DNA of 28,290 nucleotides. Origin: a virus (lineage: Duplodnaviria > Caudoviricetes). Where the stretch lies: the IMG/VR virus record IMGVR_UViG_3300032330_001190, positions 1 through 28,290 of that record. One strand, given 5' to 3'. Shown here piece after piece: positions 24,407 through 28,290 of the stretch. The notes below the pieces were generated by a model. That model was not told the origin of the DNA, did not search any database, and saw only the letters and a program-made list of their open reading frames with translations. The position numbers and the translations under genes are program-made. How positions within the stretch are numbered: position 1 is the first letter of the stretch; every line of letters begins with the position of its first letter.

Positions 24407-25768
24407 ATGGCCAAGGGTCCAGTGTACGTCAAAGACTTCGACTTTTCTTCTGCCGGTAAAACGATTGGTCGTTGCGATGACGGCATGACCAAGATGGCCA
24501 GCGGCGGCTATTATTCTAAGGGCGGCTCTGCCAAGGCTGGTCAGGCTGTTCAGATGGCTAAGTCCAACGCTGTCGCCAAGTCTCTGGTTGGCCAGAAGGC
24601 TACTCCTTACGCCAAGGGCGGCATGAAGGAGGCTGCGACTGGTGAGCGGTATCCCAGCCGCAGCGCCATGATGAAGCACGAGTCGATGGAAACCCCGCGC
24701 ATGCAGCGTGAAGAGGTGATCCAGAGCCGCACCGTGAAGGCCCCGATGCGTCGTCAGATGCCGGTGGCTTCCGCCGCCCCGATGATTCAGGCTGGCGGCA
24801 TGAAGAAGGGCGGCTTCGTCAAGGGCGGCACCGGCATGGTCAAGACGGAGGGCACTCTTGGCATCAAGGGGAACAAGAACCCCGGCGAGCGCAACGGCAA
24901 GCCCACGCAGCAGACCAAGAAGGGGAACGTCCCCTTCAAGTCTGGGGGTGCCGTAAAAAAGTATGCTGATGGCGGTCCTGCCGCCCCGACTCAGACCGGC
25001 GCGTTGAACCAGATGGCTCAGCAGCAGAGAGATCCGATGGCTGCTGCTATGGCTCAGATGCAAGCTCGTGGCCCTTCGCAGGGCCAGCAGATCCCCGCGA
25101 ACGTTATGGCTGGCTACAATGCAGCCATGCAGCAGCCTCAAGGCCAGCTTTACAGGGCAACGCTTGCGGATGGCCGCTCAGTGGTTGGCGAGCGACAGAC
25201 GATTGATCCCAAGTTCGCTGATGTCATGCGGTCTATGGGGCTTCCTCCGGGTGGTGGTTTGCCAGCCGGTGCAACTATGACCCCAGTTAACCAGCCTCAG
25301 CCCAACATGCAGCAGCCGGGCATGGGCGGTGGCATGCCGCCTGAAATGCAACAGCTAATGGCCGCATTTAACAGGGATCGCGCTCCACAGGGCCTTGGTC
25401 AGGCTGCAATGGGCGGTGGCATGCCTGCCCAGCAGTTGCAGAATCTTGCTCAGCAGGGGCTTGGTCAGGGCACTCCATTGGGCGCGGCCCCGGCTGGCGC
25501 AGTGCGGCCTCAAGGTTACGGGTTTGGCGCTCCTCAGAACGCCCCTCCGCAGGCTTCGCCTCAGATGCAGCAGCAGGCTCTGGGCGCGTATATGGCTGCG
25601 AATAACAGGCCTATGCCTGCGCAGCCCGGCATGCAGCAGGCCCCTATGGGCATGGGCATGGGTCAGTTTGGCCAGCAGGAGCCCCAGAGGCCTGCGGCGA
25701 GGCTTGGCCAGCAGCAGCCCCAGAGGCCTGCGCCGATGCCCCAATACAGCCCGATGCGGAGGCCCTGA
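24407..25768 (+). CDS. low-complexity protein with repeated xxxGG motifs (453 aa)
   Basis: Basic K/G-rich N-part with MASGG, YSKGG, YAKGG, IQAGG, MKKGG, FVKGG, FKSGG, YADGG; Q/M/G/P-rich C-part with 29-bp near-duplicate 25668-25696 / 25704-25732. Confidence 0.8.
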   Translation: MAKGPVYVKDFDFSSAGKTIGRCDDGMTKMASGGYYSKGGSAKAGQAVQMAKSNAVAKSLVGQKATPYAKGGMKEAATGERYPSRSAMMKHESMETPRMQREEVIQSRTVKAPMRRQMPVASAAPMIQAGGMKKGGFVKGGTGMVKTEGTLGIKGNKNPGERNGKPTQQTKKGNVPFKSGGAVKKYADGGPAAPTQTGALNQMAQQQRDPMAAAMAQMQARGPSQGQQIPANVMAGYNAAMQQPQGQLYRATLADGRSVVGERQTIDPKFADVMRSMGLPPGGGLPAGATMTPVNQPQPNMQQPGMGGGMPPEMQQLMAAFNRDRAPQGLGQAAMGGGMPAQQLQNLAQQGLGQGTPLGAAPAGAVRPQGYGFGAPQNAPPQASPQMQQQALGAYMAANNRPMPAQPGMQQAPMGMGMGQFGQQEPQRPAARLGQQQPQRPAPMPQYSPMRRP

Positions 25769-25938
25769 TGGTTGGCAAGAAAGTTCCCAAGGCGGGAGCC
25801 TACAAGGTTCCCAAGGTCATGAAAGAGTTTAAGTCTGGAGAGCTGCATTCAGGCAGCAAGTCCGGCCCCAAGGTGAAAAGCCGTCAACAGGCTATCGCCA
25901 TCGCTCTTTCTGAAGCTCGGAAAGCCGCGAAGAAGTAG
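25768..25938 (+). CDS. DUF6496-like small basic protein (56 aa)
   Basis: Not in track; KVPKVMKEFKSGELHSGSKSGPKVKSRQQAIAIALSEARK; TGATG overlap with upstream gene. Confidence 0.8.
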   Translation: MVGKKVPKAGAYKVPKVMKEFKSGELHSGSKSGPKVKSRQQAIAIALSEARKAAKK

Positions 25939-26020
25939 TTTTTCTTCGCGGTGCATGACGCTATAATAGATGCGCGGCGAGCTGAACCAGCGGCCATCCT
26001 GACTGCGAGGCTGGATTATC

Positions 26021-27109
26021 ATGGCTGTTTCTGGAACCGTAAGCACCACAACATTCAACACGATGAAGGTGATCGATCACGCCTTCCGTCGCTGTCGCAT
26101 GCTGCCTCAGCAGATCACCTCCGAGATGATCTCGATAGCCAAAGACGACCTCTATCTTCTGTTGTCTTCGCTTGGCAGCTTGGGAATACCGCTCTGGTGC
26201 ATCGAAAAGGAGATCCTGCCCCTCTACATCGGGCAGGCTGTCGCCACCCCGTCCAAGGGCACGATGGACATCCTCAACGCCAATTATCGTTGGCTCACTC
26301 GCCAGAATGGGCCTGTCCAATACAGCTCTGACGGCGGGATCGTCGAATATGCCTTCGACGGCGATCTCGACACTTCCTGCGCTCAGGACGCTCCTGACGG
26401 AAATATCGAGATCTCCTACATCGGATCTGACCCAATTCTTGACCCGCAGCCTGCGGTTCAGGTGACGACCGTTGGCGTCATGATGGCGACTACCGGATCA
26501 TTCAACATTGTGTTTGAATGGTCCAATGATGAGATCACTTGGACGCCATGCCTTGAGCCCGGCGTGACGGCATATGTTGCTGGCCGCTGGAAGTGGTACG
26601 ACATCGACGGGACGGTGCCTGTGAATTATTTTCGCATGCGCGAGACAAGCGGCAATACGCTGGATGTCGTCGAGTTCTATGCGTCGAACAATCCGACCGA
26701 GATCCCGTTGGCTCGCATGAACCGCGACGACTGGACAAACTTCCCGAACAAGACGTTTCAGGGTCGCCCGCTTCAGTATTGGTTTGATCGCCAGCGCGAC
26801 TACCCGACGATGCAGATGTGGCCTGTCACTGACTCGACCAGTATGTTCGGTCAGTTCGTGATCTGGAAGCAGCGCTACATCATGGACGTTGGGACGGTTA
26901 CGGACGAGCTGGATATTCCTCAGCGCTGGTATGAGGCTATCGTCTGGCAGCTTGCATGGCGTCTGGCAATGGAGCTTCCGAGTTTCGATATGGCTCTTTT
27001 GCCCTCGATCAAGCAGACTGCTGACGAGGCTTTGAAGGTCGCCCATGACGAAGAGCGGGACAATTCGCCGATCTACTTCACCCCGAACATCGCGCCGTAC
27101 ACACGATGA
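26021..27109 (+). CDS. putative head-tail adaptor / tail tubular protein A with inserted beta-sandwich domain
   Basis: Helical N-term (IDHAFRRC...LYLLL...LWCIE), GRPLQYWFDRQ, DIPQRWYEAI; central YAFDGDLDTSC...YFRMRET resembles an F5/8-C (discoidin)-like insert. Confidence 0.65.
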   Translation: MAVSGTVSTTTFNTMKVIDHAFRRCRMLPQQITSEMISIAKDDLYLLLSSLGSLGIPLWCIEKEILPLYIGQAVATPSKGTMDILNANYRWLTRQNGPVQYSSDGGIVEYAFDGDLDTSCAQDAPDGNIEISYIGSDPILDPQPAVQVTTVGVMMATTGSFNIVFEWSNDEITWTPCLEPGVTAYVAGRWKWYDIDGTVPVNYFRMRETSGNTLDVVEFYASNNPTEIPLARMNRDDWTNFPNKTFQGRPLQYWFDRQRDYPTMQMWPVTDSTSMFGQFVIWKQRYIMDVGTVTDELDIPQRWYEAIVWQLAWRLAMELPSFDMALLPSIKQTADEALKVAHDEERDNSPIYFTPNIAPYTR

Positions 27110-27408
27110 GCATCTTTTACGATCCTACGGGCAAATCGACCTATGGCATCGGGATCTGCGCTCGCTGTTCCCGCAAGATGTCGCTTGCCGATCTGTCGCC
27201 TGATCCGAACTATCCTGCGCTCTATGTGTGCGATGTGGACAAGGATCAGTTCGATCCTTATCGCCTGCCCGCGCGTCAGCCCGAGCAGATTTTTCTGTTT
27301 CATCCTCGTCCTGACACTGACATTGCCTTGACGATGCGGGGGACGATTTCTCAAGATGGTGATGAGTTCCTCACCAACGAGAGCGAAGGCGGGTATCTGG
27401 TGCCATGA
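27106..27408 (+). CDS. hypothetical protein with CxxC motif (100 aa)
   Basis: GICARCSRK...LYVC...DQFDP...PRPD; ATGA overlaps on both sides. Confidence 0.8.
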   Translation: MSIFYDPTGKSTYGIGICARCSRKMSLADLSPDPNYPALYVCDVDKDQFDPYRLPARQPEQIFLFHPRPDTDIALTMRGTISQDGDEFLTNESEGGYLVP

Positions 27409-28290
27409 CCAACAATCCGCGCGTCCCTACAAACCTCATTCCGACACGGATCACCCAGCTTCCGCAAGCTGGCGAGATCCAAGCGACGGACACGACTGTC
27501 GTTGTTCAGAATGGCGTCACCAAGCGCGCGTCATTTGGCCAGTTCTTGCAATACATCGGCCCGACCGGCCCGACTGGGCCCACTGGCCCGACTGGCGCTG
27601 ACTCTTCTGTTCCCGGCCCCACTGGGCCGACAGGGTATGGTCCGACAGGAGCCACGGGCCCCACGGGCGCTGATTCGACCGTCCCCGGCCCGACCGGCCC
27701 GAGCGGCCCGACTGGGGCGACGGGACCGGCCTCAATGGTTGCGGGCCCGACCGGACCCACGGGGAGCCTTGGCCCGACCGGCCCGACCGGCCCCGGATCT
27801 TTTGTCCCCGGCCCCACAGGCCCCACGGGCGGTTTTGGCCCCACGGGGGCTACTGGCGCAGCTTCCACCATCCCCGGCCCCACGGGGCCTACGGGGGTCA
27901 TGGGCGAGCAGGGCTTGACGGGCCCCACCGGCCCGAGCGGCGCAGCTTCTACGGTTGCGGGCCCTACAGGGCCTACGGGCGCAGTTTCTACAACTCCCGG
28001 CCCCACCGGGGCCACCGGGGCCACCGGGCCTACAGGAGCCACCGGCCCCACGGGAAGCACGGGCAACATTGGCCCAACCGGGCCTACGGGGGCTCCGGGC
28101 ACATCTTCAAATCTGTTCCTTTATCAGGCAAACACCAGCGCAACCTCGGGGTATCCGGGCGATGGCAATATTCTTTGGAATGCTGGCACTCAAATTAGCG
28201 CCACGCAGATCAATGTCAGCCATTTGACTGATGACAACATAGATGTTGATATTTTTCTGGCTCTCTTGAGCGTTACTGAACAGATCATCA
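27405..28290 (+). CDS. collagen-like fibre protein, 3'-truncated by window edge
   Basis: Not in track; ATG 27405, [20 protein letters not shown]..., then (G-P-T)n repeats ~27558-28100, frame open to end of window. Confidence 0.88.
   Translation, partial: MTNNPRVPTNLIPTRITQLPQAGEIQATDTTVVVQNGVTKRASFGQFLQYIGPTGPTGPTGPTGADSSVPGPTGPTGYGPTGATGPTGADSTVPGPTGPSGPTGATGPASMVAGPTGPTGSLGPTGPTGPGSFVPGPTGPTGGFGPTGATGAASTIPGPTGPTGVMGEQGLTGPTGPSGAASTVAGPTGPTGAVSTTPGPTGATGATGPTGATGPTGSTGNIGPTGPTGAPGTSSNLFLYQANTSATSGYPGDGNILWNAGTQISATQINVSHLTDDNIDVDIFLALLSVTEQII

Noticed and set aside
27506-28102. 198-aa minus-strand PVG-repeat ORF
   Set aside because: Antisense mirror of the plus-strand GPT collagen gene.

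Overview
A 28.3-kb fragment of a tailed dsDNA phage (Caudoviricetes, podovirus-like head module). The host is probably an alphaproteobacterium, judged from a GapR/DUF2312 gene. Left to right: (i) a leftward DNA-metabolism operon (PD-(D/E)XK nuclease, SSB-like protein, DUF6378, hypotheticals, and an edge-truncated TGT/DpdA-like gene absent from the ORF track); (ii) divergent sigma70-type promoters, then a Cro-like HTH, RuvC-like resolvase, Prim-Pol/AAA helicase and an iteron-like putative origin (9x CGGAAGTC); (iii) a leftward array of small orphan genes built from repeated cassettes (DnaA box, stem-loop, promoter with CGAA-N5-TTCG operator, shared RBS leader); (iv) a rightward morphogenesis module: TerS, TerL, a ~1360-aa modular protein with a PcfJ-like domain, portal, GroES-like protein, scaffold, Mu gpT-like capsid followed by a pseudoknotted RNA element, virion proteins, adaptor and a truncated collagen-like fibre. 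The most unusual signals are the repeat-delimited accessory cassette array and a hydrophobic-x-x-Gly-Gly motif that punctuates two otherwise unrelated late proteins at apparent domain boundaries. No tRNA, rRNA, CRISPR array, integrase or IS element was seen. All family assignments come from motif recognition by eye, not database searches.
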